From the NCBI GenBank assembly GCA_002633005.1, contig NMRA01000549.1:121123-185122 (forward strand): 64,000 bases of DNA, read 5' to 3'. The notes beneath the pieces are model-generated. The model ran no database searches. It was not told the DNA's origin and worked only from the letters and a program-made list of their open reading frames with translations. This DNA is from Phoronis australis (lineage: Eukaryota > Animalia > Phoronida). Positions 1 to 12,569 of the stretch are shown piece by piece. How positions within the stretch are numbered: the first letter of the stretch is position 1; every line of letters begins with the position of its first letter. The position numbers and the translations under genes were made by a program.

Positions 1-110
1 CTACATGTTCTCGTGTAAGTGGGAGTTTCATGGAGAAGAGAATATAGAAATCGTTTAAACCTATTTTAGCTGCATTTAAAAACATTTTATGAGCATTTAC
101 AAGTACTTAC

Positions 111-2199
111 CGAAGTGATAATAGGCAGACGAGTCTTTCACCGTCCCTGGCCAGAACGTGTTTATTATCACATTAATGTTATACGGGGCCCAGGTAAGGA
201 TAAAAGCCAACAAGATGGCGCTCAGTGTTTTAGCCGCTTTTTTGTCTTGCTTACGTTCATAGCGTTTCTTTTTGGCATGCTGCATTCTCGCTTTGTAAAG
301 AAAAGCCATTCTTGCGGAATTTGTGTGAGAGTAGGGTTCCCTGTCTTCCGGCATGCTGTTCGTCCTACCATGGCTGTTGGTACTTCGAACTTTACTGGAC
401 GATTTTTGATCTAAAGTCACTGACCTATTGTAAAAGTGATTTGGCGCATTTTTCACCTGAGCATACGATGGATTCCTCACTTTATTGTTTTCTGGGCGCC
501 TCGCGTGTCTGTCTAGAGACCGTTCGTTTGGTCTGGCCGTGTGACAATTTGGTGGAAACATTTTGATGCTTGCTTTTAAATCCTTACTATTTTCCGGAGG
601 AAGTTTAATAAGCACGGAATATAACAAATCCTTGTCCATGTCCTCTGAAGAATCTTCATCCTGAGAATGATCCAGAGCCGGCATAGAACGGGAAAACGAA
701 GTATTCAATACTCTTTCTGGTGTTGAACGGTGAGAGCCAGAAACTGAATCGACGTCAGGGGAGTTGAGTGTTATCAGTGGAATAGGAGGTACACTTAGAT
801 TCTTTACGGCTGGACTGGCCAGGCCACCATTCGCGTGTGAAGTTCCGTGGTTACAGTTCCAGTCACGCGTACCCTTAGAGGTGTACGAAGAGGAAGAGAC
901 GCGATGTGGACGCGGGGGCGTTGACGACTGCAGAACCCGGGATGGGGGGTCACTTCCAGAAGAATCTTCGAAACTATCTGAGGTTTCACGGTCTATATTA
1001 CAGCACTTCAATAATTTATAGAGTTTTGAGCGATTACTTTTGTCATCCACAGATTCTGTGTATTCTGAGAAGCTCATCAATCCTTGATGACGTCCGTGAT
1101 GAATGTCGTCAGATAAGACTGAAGCAGTAGACTTTTTCTTCCAACTCTTTTTTCTGCTATGAGTAAGAGTAATTAATTCCTTTTGTCGCTTTTTGGTTTC
1201 TAAATAAATTTTAAAATACAGAGATGTCATAATTATCACTGGTCCATAAAACGCCAGAAACGATGTACTTAAGTTGACAATGTATGTATACACTTCCCCG
1301 TTCTTTTCAGACAGCAGGAATTGAATATAGCACTGTGTGTCCGGAACCGTCCGTTCTCCCTCCACGTGCGGCCAGATCCATATTAGAGGTATCCATAATA
1401 TGGCTGACACTAGCCACGCACCCGTGATCATCAAGGCCGCCTTCCGGGGAGTCCTGTTAGCGCGGTATGATAGCGGTCTGGTTATAGACAAATATCTATC
1501 TATGCATATCACAAACAGATTCCATACAGAGGCGTTACTCATGCCGTAGTCTAACGACAGCCAAATATCACAGACGATCGGTCCAAGAGGCCAGTATCCG
1601 TTCAATAAATATAACGTATATAAAGGAATTGAAACAAATCCTATTGTTGTGTCGGCTACGGCTAAGCTTAGTAAGAAATAATTGCTGATTGTATGCAAAG
1701 TTCTATCCACTTTGAACGATATGAAGACTAGCAAGTTTCCCCCCGCGGTAAGTATGACTAGAACTGACACGGCAATTGATATCAACACCATAACTGCCGT
1801 GCTATACGGTTGGCTAATACTTTGCACCGTAGAATTTACCGTGCTATTGGCGGTCTGAGTGTAGCTATCCGTGAAGGCGTTATTGAAGAAGGAATCTGTT
1901 CCAAATATATCCCAGGATGAGCCATTGCCGTCATAGTCACTATCTAATACTCCTATGGCATCTATGGAAAGACTAGATAAGTCTGTAGAATTGTGCTCCA
2001 ACGGCTGGGCCCAACTCGACATTCCACCACCGGGCTCTTTAGGAACACTATACGTCGGATCCAACGTCACTGCCTCGGTGATTTGCACAGATCCAGTCGT
2101 GTTTTCAATAAATCGTGTATATTTCGAGTTCTTTGCACCCGTTGATGTGTTTTCCAGGCCACGTTTGTGGCCGGAGATTCCTCCGCTATCTTCGTACAT
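111..2199 (-). CDS. mAChR-A: Muscarinic acetylcholine receptor, Gq-coupled A-type (M1/M3/M5-like); main coding exon from N-terminus to start of TM7, 3'-partial
   Basis: Class A GPCR and muscarinic motifs: GNLLVFISFK, NYFLLSLAVAD, CDIWLSLDY (Asp3.32), SNASV, DRYLSITRPLSYRANRT, CYIQFL, AFYGP, IYLETKKR, KKAAKTLSAILLAFILTWAPYN. First in-frame ATG is at 2199. A G|GTAAGT donor at 110 interrupts the Gly of the expected GYWLCY (phase 1), so the ORF's last residues KYL are intronic. Confidence 0.95.
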
Positions 2200-2268
2200 T
2201 TTCAACTCCCCGTTTCAGCAGTTTCTGTATTCCAATCACTGTCTTCATTCACTTGCATTTCTGTAAAA
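2200..2268 (-). other. Splice acceptor (TTTTACAG, 2268-2261) and 5' leader of the receptor exon
   Basis: Minus strand reads ttgtgttttacag|aaatgcaag, which places the exon start at 2260. The leader has two out-of-frame ATGs (2258, 2248). Confidence 0.7.
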
Positions 2269-5200
2269 CACAAGGCGTTTAACTTAGTGCGAGCTTTGTG
2301 ATTATGGGATGAAAAAGCTGTTTAAACACTGTAAAGTGTACTTAAACGCAGTAGACAAGAGTAGAAGTCGATATGAATGACCTTATCTTCATGTTTGCCT
2401 TCTCATTGATGGCTGCCCGTTACTCAAGGAGTGGACATGCATCGGACACCCTTGTTCTACCGTGTATTCGAGCTAACCAGAATTAGTGAAGACGTGTCAG
2501 AATGGCTTTTACTTCATAATGTTATTCTGGGAAGTTTCTGGGAAGTACACGCATGGTAACGATCTAGCCAAATCCGTTGCAGCTAGAACACGACAGCAAA
2601 TGGTGGGTGTGACAGAGAACCATGGGTTACAGAGCATTGAAATGGGTAACCTGGACAACGCTTGGTTACGATGCATTTGTAGAGGGGAGTGACTTTCAAA
2701 ATCAAGAAAGTGTATAAATATTTACTTTTATCAAATAGAGCCATTATCGTTGTCAAGTAAGCAATGCCGTCATTTGACTTTCGTTCAGTCCGCCACAATT
2801 TTCAGAAATCACCAATTGAAAATATCGATTTTGTAATTCACTTCTATTGAACTTTTAGTTCTTAGACCTTTCTGGGACAATTTTGTCATTGCTAGAGTGA
2901 CATACAACAGTGTATATGACGTTATCACAATAATAGTTTTCCTCCTACCCCAGTTCAGTGACGAAACTTAATTGCTGCATATTCGTTTTGTTGAAAGGAA
3001 GTGGGTTGCACAAGGTAAAACGACATTTTTACTTTACCTCATAGTGATCTATGGGTTATAGCACAGAACTAGGAACCAGATAACAGTCAATAAAACTCCT
3101 GATAGAATGTCGGGGCTGGATTTGTCCTAACCGGAAGTGATTTATGCGCACAGTTTTAATAGGTTTTTGATACTTTCATGTGTACATTATAATTATGAAA
3201 ATGGATTTCTTGTGTGTTTTTCGGTGTATTTTTACGTGCTGCATAATATCACAAATAATTAATTTATTTGTATAAAATAAAATGAAATTTAGTGTAAAGT
3301 GCCGTCCACAAAAAGACTTTCCCTAGAACACTTACTCCTGCAAAGAATTGTCGCTAGGTTTAAGAACTGTGTGGACGCTATTTAAACTGATGCAACTTGC
3401 CAAAGTTGTGACAACTTGATACTCGCCCTATATGGTTTTATCAATACTTATCAATTCTTGACTTCCCTGTTCATTCAAATTGTACAGAAACAATCTTAGC
3501 ATCTTTCCATTTTGCAAAAACCTGTCATAATGTACTTATGGCTTGCATTAAAAATATGCCTGCTTCAAAGTTAAAGCTACAGTTGAATTAGACATTAGCC
3601 CTCTTTTTGTAAGGAGAAATCCTACAAAACTAATAATTAGAACGCATTTTCTTTGTCATAATTTGTGCTGATTTATGTACATGTAGAACCCGTCCTTCTA
3701 AGTCTGATTATCTATATTTATTTTTATTGGTGATGCATGTGCTAATACTAAATACATTTCTACGAACGGACAAGTCGAGTTCCCGAATCAAATCTCCAAC
3801 ACGCCCTCTTCTGGCACTTCCATTTTTTGGTTTTTGGATCTTCCCAAGATCAATGATCCCGGCCTGAAAACTCCAAGTCCCAATTTTCGCAAGATAAGTT
3901 ATATAAGTCGGACCGCTTTTAGGGTTGACAACTTGTTGCACATTTGAAAAGTGAAGCCTTCAGCCATATCCGCCGACGCCAATCTGCCAATGAAAAGTAC
4001 TTTCTTTTAGATAAAAACGCATCATTTCGCATGCTGGTACCATGCATCAACAGCTTTTGGCATATAGAAAGACGTCGGTTCTTTTTCCTCCAATAAAAGT
4101 TACCATTGGTTTGGCCGTCAATTTTACAGAAGGAAATACAGTTTCAATATTTTCAACTACAAATGTGGTGACAGGGTCTGCAAAATTCCCACTCGAGACG
4201 ATACTTGAGAGGGCAACATACGAGCTGGCGGCGCTTCCCAACCAACCCGTGGATACAAGATCACTGTATTGGTGTCAATGATTTCAGGGGAAACCTTTAT
4301 TGTATTGTACCGCCGGCGTTGTTTTCAGCTGACATATTGATAGCAATATAGTATTCGTTAATCAACGCATTTTCATTTGCACGCATTTGTATGTTTTCTG
4401 TAGTCAATTCAATCTGAAATTTCTTGTGCAATTCCGGTGAGTGATGACTGACTTGCACTCATCTGTCTCAGGCCGGGTCATCCAGCGATTTTTGACGGAA
4501 AAGTACCAACATGTGGGTAACTTTCATGAAAAGGTTTTGGTCATCCTTAGCATAATCAGTTTTCGTGGATTTTAATCAATACAAGCGGCTAATATGGATT
4601 GCAATTCAATGAATAACCCCTTGGGTTCTAGTCTTTATGAACCAACAAATCTATACAGACTATTAGACATTCAATAGAGTTTCGTTGGAAAAATTGACCC
4701 TGTCATAGAGTTCCCAAGCCTGCATTCTTGAAGCAAAGCGTACACATTCTTGGGGAATATGGCCATGGAAGTGGACCTCCTGTCTGAGCGGCACGTCTTG
4801 AAAGCAAAAACCAGTGACGTAGCCAGAATTTTTTCACTGCCGCTTGCAGTGGAAAGTAGCGTTGCCGTCCTTCTACCCTCTCATTTAATTTCACCCCCAG
4901 TCGACGCCAGTTTCGTGCCACTCTCACCCATACACCGTACCTGCCCCCCATCTATAAGTACTTAGAAACTTTCTATGGAATATACATGTATACCCGTCTT
5001 TTCAGTTACAAAGGCGATTTATCCTGCTAATGGCGTTCTGCACATATTTCCGTTTTACACCACCCACTCCATTTGCTGTAACTTTACTTTGATCAATATG
5101 CACGTTATTGTATAGTTTACAAGGTCTTTTGTAAAGCGTAACATTTCCTTCGTAAAGTTGTGAAGAATTTTCCGTCCGCCAAACTTTGGAACAAACTTCG

Positions 5201-5433
5201 TCAGTGACATCCGGAAGTCTTCGAGTATTTCGGAGCCTCAACATATTCGCGGGAGGTTTTTCTTATATGCGACTGTGCGAACTTAAATCATTACAGTAAC
5301 TCATGTGACTTTCAAAACAAAGAATGACGTTGAATGCACCAAGATATCCTTGTGATAGCAGGCAAACGACTGAACGCACACCAGGAGGCGGACAAGGGAT
5401 TGAGAATGAAGTCGTGGATAACTTTTGACATTT

Positions 5434-5849
5434 GTGCCTGGTTGCATGAAACAGTCACAAATAGGGAGTCAACTGAGTTCCATAAATATTTTACGTGTTT
5501 GATGGATGTTATATTTTTCTATCATTTTATCTTTACTATGAGCACTTTGACTAATGACATTTTCTAATATAATGTAACTAAAAACTGAGCCCTTAATTGA
5601 AACAAAACAATTAGGGACTTAGTCCTAAAATTAGGGTCGTTGCATGAACAGATCCCTATATATTTTCAATAATATTGATAATTCAACTTAGAGTTCACTC
5701 TTGATTTGTATCAAAGCCGACAATCGACTCAGTAATGAAACCCAAGCAGCACAAAAAGGACAATCAACCCTTTTCACAGGCCCACAACCCAGTAGATTTA
5801 GGGAACGTAGTTAAATTCATATTGGGGACTGTTTCATGCAACTGGGCAC
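5434..5849. mobile_element. MITE, PIF/Harbinger-like
   Basis: ~30-bp imperfect TIRs: GTGCCTGGTTGCATGAAACAGTCACAAATA vs reverse complement GTGCCCAGTTGCATGAAACAGTCCCCAATA. Non-coding interior; TSD unclear. Confidence 0.75.
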
Positions 5850-5850
5850 T

Positions 5851-6204
5851 GTGGTCTATGTCATGAAAAGTGACCTAAGACTTTTTTAATGTTTATTTCA
5901 AAACTGATGTACAATAATAAGAGTTAAGCCCAGAAAGCGCTAGAAAGCATTATGTGTGGGCTTAAGACAGACATTTTGTGTTACGCTCCCTCGTCATAGT
6001 CAAATAAAGGTTTAGTCAGGTAATTATGAATACACCACTGCCTCAAACACATTTTCTCAGGAAATAACAGTTATGGGTATATCCTCAGTACAGATACTTG
6101 TCTAATTCAAGTGAGTTTCAATTATTTTTGAGAAATAGTAATGTGGAGCATCAGACCCAATATTCCGTCTTGAGTCTTAAGCCACTTTTCACGAAACAGA
6201 TCCC
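5851..6204. mobile_element. Second Harbinger-like MITE abutting the first
   Basis: Left end GGTCTATGTCATGAAAAGTGACCTAAGACT matches the reverse complement of the right end, GGATCTGTTTCGTGAAAAGTGGCTTAAGACT. Confidence 0.65.
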
Positions 6205-6342
6205 TGCTAGGTTGATGCCGTGATTTTGTCGTCTCTACGTCTTTTTGCTGTTATGATTGAAGTTCTTGCATTCTACATGAGGCTACAAAAATACCCAAGG
6301 TGTTGAGGATGCACCAGAGCACCCTAAATGTAGTCAAACCGA

Positions 6343-6692
6343 ACACCTCGCGTATTTTCGTAACCTCAAATTATCCATCGGAGGTGTTTCATTTCTGCGC
6401 GTGTGCGAATTTCAAAGTAATTTGGACTCTACAAACAGCTAAAAATCATGGCTTCAACCTAGCACGTCTCAAAAGCTGTGCGCGACAGTAAATCTCAACC
6501 TTTAGTCTGCCTCCTGTTAATTGTTAACTCGAGTTTTTAGCCTGCTATCGCCTGGTTATCTCAACATTCTCCATTTTGAGAATCACATGATTGCTGTATA
6601 GCTCATTGATTGCTGTAATGACTGAAGTTAGCACGTGCGCAGATATTAAACAACTTCGAGCGATATTTGGAGGCCACGAAAATACCCCGGTG
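6343..6692. mobile_element. Degenerate MITE with ~70-bp inverted termini
   Basis: CACCTCGCGTATTTTCGTAACCTCAAATTATC...TGCGCGTGTGCGAATTTCA pairs imperfectly with TGAAGTTAGCACGTGCGCA...GGAGGCCACGAAAATACCCCGGTG. Confidence 0.65.
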
Positions 6693-8349
6693 AATTTGCT
6701 CTTAGACAGTTACTGTCCGTTGTAAGGCATCAAGACACAAAATGGCAAAATTTTCTCCGAGTTCTTGCTGAACAGACTCCCGTTCCGTGTAGAATCGTGA
6801 ACTGCTGGCATTGTTTGAAACCTTGACATCCGGCATTGGTTTGCAAAGAAACCGTTTAACTTTATCAAGCTTTATTTGTCTGCTGCTTGACCTCTGACCC
6901 CGAAATCCATTACCTGCGTGTAAGAGTTGTGTTGAACTGATAGCCAAGTTTAATCAAACCTCTCTATCAAACGAAACTCACAAAACGACTAATCCTATGA
7001 TTGACATTTTCGGTTTGAAAACAGTTTTGCTTTTAACTTAGTTTTGATCGTATTATGTGCTAAATTAACCCATTTTATGTAAAGTCATGGTCTCGCAACA
7101 ATCATAAAGGTCTTGTAAACTGACAAAATACGACACAAGTTGTTAACTGGCCTGAGTAGACAGACTAGAGTAAAATAGTACAACGACGTAAGAAAGAGTA
7201 ACACAAAGACATGTGTAGAAGAAATAGTAGTTTACGAAAACGATATTGTCATGAATTTCATGTTACAAACAATACATAATTTCTCACAGAAGGCGTATAG
7301 AATTCAATTTCACCACAATGACACAGTAGAGTTTGGGTAGACTTTGACAAACATGAAACGAGTTGTATTTCCCGGCGAATTGAATAACAATTCAAATAAC
7401 ACATGGTAATTAGATGTTGCAGAGCAGGTACAATTTGATGCATTTTTCAATACTTTGGACTATCCGTACTTCTTCACTCTATTCGTCTCTAACTACAAAT
7501 GTATGGTAATTAAATCTGGTCAAACAATGATCGTATACACTAACACATCAAATAGCGCCCCAAGTCACCAATCTATACATTATGACAACGAGGGCCGTGT
7601 GTAAATAGTCTTCAGGTGTACCAAGGTCGAGACAGTCTAACTTTGAGTATTAATATCAGATCAGGTGGTGAATATAAGCCGGACGCATTGTGTGCGAGAC
7701 ATCTGCTTATATGAAATGTTAGCCGAAATGATCAATAAACGACTGAAGCAACGTAAATCAGTACTTATGTGACATAGTGAAATATCGAGTAATAACATTG
7801 AATAGCACATATTTTTCGGATATTATCCAATTTTTTTCTGAAACAGTAGTTATTGTTGCACTTGTAGCTTCCTAAGCATTAACTTTAAAATATGTGCAGG
7901 GTGGAAATTAATTCTAGTACTATAGGTCGAGACCTGTCATGATGCCAACAGTCAAGTGAGGATGGTCGTGAAGGGGTCTCTATCGATGTGTGTAGAGTTT
8001 AAACAGAGATGGACACCAGAAGAAAAATTGTTTTAAAGCGATAATAGACACTACATATGAAAATAGCATATTCAAAACCTGCAAGATACATACAGATGTT
8101 ACTGAGCGGACACGTCATGCCAAGTAGTCTTGACTCTTGGACTTCTGGACTCTGCTACAGTAGATTTACTTTGAGGAGAAAGCATGATCTGACTGAGCTC
8201 AAGACAGCAGCTATTGAATTACTGAAAAATCCTTTCTCGGTAGGGGGTCGAATTCTCTACACAATTTTCACACTGTCGGTTATCTAAAAATGGCATTCCT
8301 TCGTCAGAAAAGCACAATAGAGTTAGAAACGTGAAGCGGCTTTAAGCTC

Positions 8350-8640
8350 GAATGAAACAAGTTCTGATTTATGTTGCTTACCGTTACAAAGAGGTCTCAA
8401 ATTGCTCCTTACTCGCGTGCAATGATTTCCGGGATGTGGAAGAACTGACAGCTCCCTGTTTCTTCAAACGAAGCTTATAAAATTTCCGTTCACGCCGTGA
8501 CCTGTAATTTTATGAGCTTCGGCTTCCGGAAGCAGTAGTAAAGGGGCAGCTTTTCCGTAGCCCGGAAAATCACCACTAAGCTGAGCAATAAGCAAGGTAA
8601 GGCCGGTTTTACAGCGGTAAGAGGCCTAAACCAAAACGTG
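8350..8640. repeat. Old palindromic repeat family, copy 1
   Basis: Shares GGTCTCAAA..., GAAGAACTGACAG and terminal GGYCTAAACCAAAA with copies near 20705, 32855, 39229 and 52160. Confidence 0.55.
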
Positions 8641-9688
8641 TTTTGACTGCCAATGTCGCTTTAACTGCAATTTAAATTTTGGTCTTCGATGCAAATCGAC
8701 GTTTGACGCTACGTTACTGAGCCGTGGACTTTTTCAGGCCGAAATTTGTTATGACCTATGAAGGAACCTCGGAATGTATAATCACAGTTAAGCAAAATTT
8801 CAGAACCAGCGCTTTGCTTAGTAAATGAATTTTACGCGTCCACTGAACAGTTTTAAGCCCTTATCCCTCCCTCTCGTGCCGAACGTCGTTGTACTTACCG
8901 TTTTAGTTTTCTACCATTTTGTCGAATTTATCTATTACTCCCAATAACGAACCTCATCGTTCAGCGACAGTTGAGAGTCTTCAAAGCTACACAACTCTGA
9001 GAGTCGAATGGATTTGACACTTTTTCAATAATCTCCTTTGTCGAAGAAGTTATATAAATAAAAGCAGCCACACTGAACCGGAACATAATGCGTGATTATA
9101 AAAAAGGACATTCCACCGCTGTTTTTCTTCCGAGACTATGCACGTTAACATGAATCGTTAAACAAATAAGATGTGTGCGGCATAATACTTGTGTTTGTGT
9201 TTGGTTATGTCCACAACTAGGTTTACCATCTTAACAGTAAATAAGTTAATATTTAGTTTGTACTGGAAAAGTTAACCTTGTCATTAAACAACCGTCAACA
9301 GGAGAGCTTATTGTTCGTCGACATCCGAGTCATCGTCGTCATTACCTTATAATCTTTGTGAAGATTACACAATCTACTGACTCTTTGTTTGACGTCTGTA
9401 TTTTTGCACTGTGGAAGGGTCTGCGCCAGCAACGTTTGTACCGACTGCATGGGCGGATCTAGGATGTGGCAACGAGGAGGGAACCTCAGCTTTCCAAGGG
9501 AAACGTCCGTACAGGGGAAAGAAATTGAATGCCAACGGCGTTTTGATTTTGTTTTTGTTTTTGTTCGGGATCGCGTGGAGGGGTTACGGCCTAAGAGCGC
9601 CTTTTATTATTTAAAAATTTCTTGTGCTTTTTAACTATTTTAGTAGACAACGGTGTACTTATCCTTGTGTACTATTTGTCATCACCAT

Positions 9689-9768
9689 TGTCATACATCT
9701 ATGACCAATTCCAGTCTCCTGGACGTCATCGTCATACATCTATGACCATTATGAATCACCTGGACGTC
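9689..9768 (+). repeat. Tandem duplication, ~42-bp unit x2
   Basis: GTCATACATCTATGACCA...CCTGGACGTC occurs twice. Confidence 0.8.
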
Positions 9769-9968
9769 GGTCATTGTCGTCAGTAGGTAACTATCAATGT
9801 AAAGATCCTGCGTTCGTATAATACTGTTAAAACCAGGAAATAGTTTTCAGTTTTACAGAAAACAACAATCTTTGTGAATCCAGTCAGCTCTCACACACTT
9901 AACGCAATGTGGCAACATAAAATAATCCCTTTATCTGTCCTCTATGCAGCCACCCGTCTACCAAAGCA

Positions 9969-9984
9969 CCAGCAGGTGGCGCTG
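9969..9984 (+). promoter_or_regulatory. CTCF-like motif
   Basis: CCAGCAGGTGGCGCTG matches the bilaterian CTCF core consensus. Motif match only. Confidence 0.45.
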
Positions 9985-12383
9985 CGTACGCGCTAACTAT
10001 AATCTAGACACGCTACAATCGTTTGTAACAAAGAGCCAACACAGGATTTGACAAAACCGTAGTGGTGTATGATTTCGTTGAGCTACACTTCTGTGCCTTT
10101 CAAATTCACTTGGTAACTAATGCAATCAGTTTCTCAGGCAGACTATCAACGATGAATAGATTGGCGGTTGTTAATTGGTATAATAGCTACACTGTATCTA
10201 ATGAATGGCAGTTAACGAGCGAAGGTGTAACTAGCAATAAAATTTCCTGTGCATTATTGAAGTACTCGCTCCACGAATACACATGGCCAAACATTACAAA
10301 TAGACCTTTGTTGACGAATCTATAATTCGTAATGGAAGTGTTGCTTGTTTTTATATCCGTATATAGTGCACGTGAACCAATGTACACGTAGACCGTTAGA
10401 TCTCACTGGGACGAGAAGACGCTGAGCATTAGATATTTTTCTTCACCGTTGAAAAATGATTAATACTTTGAAACCAATTGCTAAATTTGAAGCTGATGTG
10501 GCCTACTTTATTGTAATACCTATTTTAGAGTTTGAATATGAAGGTGCAACGCATCCTCTAGATGACCAATTAAAAGACGAAACATTTGAGTTAAATTCTA
10601 TTTATTTTGAAAATCATTAAGGTCGGGTTGAGCAAGCACTCTTTTGTAAGAATTAATAATTAGCATGTATGTTTCCAGATTGTTACTTCAGTGGTTGCGA
10701 TGTTTTAGTTTGTTGACAGTTATTCATACGCCGTTTACAACAAAACCTTGAAGAAACTGCAACTAAATAAAACAGGTGTTGGAATGCCGAGCAGTTACCG
10801 ACGGTTAAGAAGGGTAAAATAGAATAAAGTAAAAAGACGAACTACGAAAATTACGCGTGACTCCTCAGTGGTTTGGGTGCTGCATCAGTGCGCCAGATGC
10901 GCCACCTGCGGACAGTCAATGACATTGTTTGTCCACCTTTTCCGTACTGGCCGCCGGCACGGTAATTAAGTTACCTAGCCACTCTTGCGCATGCGCGACT
11001 GTTTTCTTTATCTGCAAATATGTGAGGAATTTTTATTTGAGTAAGGCGGCATTTACCAGAAATATGATTTGTTTCGCGTTAAATAAGTAATCAGTTAAAA
11101 TCTGAAGAGTGGACTTCCAGCTCTGACCCAAATTATCTTGATTACTATAACCCACTTTGAAATGTAAAAAGTACGAATGCTCAATTAATTAAGAACACAG
11201 TTTGAACTTTAAAAAGTTAATCATTTAAGAGCAAGGCTCCGTTACTTTGATGCAGTCTTTTCCATACAGGAGTATTCAGGGAACGTCTATACTTACTGGG
11301 TAACTTATTTCCCGAGGTAACTTATCTCCCGTGACACCGCCACCTGCTTCGATGGTGCATTTTCACTGATTGATGCTAACACAGTTGCGAGGACAAGAGG
11401 AAGTAAAAACAAATTACTAGAACTAATAGCCAGTCCAGCCGGGTGGTCTTTAGTAGAGTTGAAGTCTTAGCTGTGCGTAGGCCGTTACTAAAACACGGAA
11501 TAAAGAATTAAGCCATCAGTGCTTACACTATGACAATCTTAATGTAACCCATAAGAAACACATTCATAAGTACATGGTTTCGTCACGATTTGGAGGCGAA
11601 TGACTTCGTTATGATAGACATACCGCCGGCGAAGTCGGAAATGAGATTCAGGAATTATCGAGTAACAAGACCATCCATTGGACTGTTGTGTGTTTAAAAA
11701 GGGGTAAACTAAGGTGAATTTCAAAATAATCGTGCAAAACTGTTGTACAATTAAGGGATATTCTACCACAAAAATATCCCTCCCGTCGCCACCACTCAGC
11801 TTATGAACTCACCACAGCACTTTCGCCGTGTGTTGGACGGCAATTTTACAGTTAGCAGAAGATTTTAATCTTGGATAATGGTGAATGTAAGTTGTAACAG
11901 GAAGACATTACCTGGTAATGCCTTCCTGGTTGTAAACATTTCACACGTAATATGTTTTGTTTACAGCTACCAATTGAAATTTGATAAGTTCATCAGCTAA
12001 GAGGCGGCGACAAAGTCTTCGAATCAGCAACTCGGTAGTGAAGGGCAGCAAAAATCAAACTTGCTTGCCCGTTACTGCCGATCAATTTAGGAGTGTAGAC
12101 CTACTGCTATGAGGTGTTTTCTTTTGAAAATTTCTCGTATGAATGTTTTCTCCATCGCTTTACTTGTGTAACGATCAAAAGATTATTATGGTTTGTTCAG
12201 ATGGCAGCCCGCCGGCCGCGCGGGCTTAACCTACATGTATATGCTGTCATCGGGTCGCAGCGGCTCTTGCCGCTCTAATATTTTAATCCTGCTTTTTTGT
12301 TGAGGTGATGAAGAAAAGGCAAGTCACGCTGGTCTAATTCCCTCTAATTTATAATCAAAACAGGCACTCTGTTTGACGTATAT

Positions 12384-12569
12384 TGGCGGCCTCTAGAGGC
12401 GGCCTCTAGTGGCGGCCTCTAGTGGCGGCCTCTAGTGGCGGCCTCTAGTGGCGGCTCTAGTGGCGGCCTCTAGTGGCGGCCTCTAGTGGCGGCCTCTAGT
12501 GGCGGCCTGTAGTGTCGGCCTGTAGTGGCGGCCTCTAGTGGCGGCCTCTAGTGGCGGCCTCTAGTGGCG
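12384..12569. repeat. 13-bp GC-rich minisatellite (TAGTGGCGGCCTC) x ~14
   Basis: Directly visible, near-perfect tandem array with a few variant units. Confidence 0.97.

Noticed and set aside
115-2266. Short ORFs overlapping the receptor exon
   Set aside because: They are antisense or alternate-frame shadows of the real CDS.
12384-12569. CRISPR-like array
   Set aside because: Contiguous 13-bp units with no spacers, no cas genes, and a eukaryotic context.
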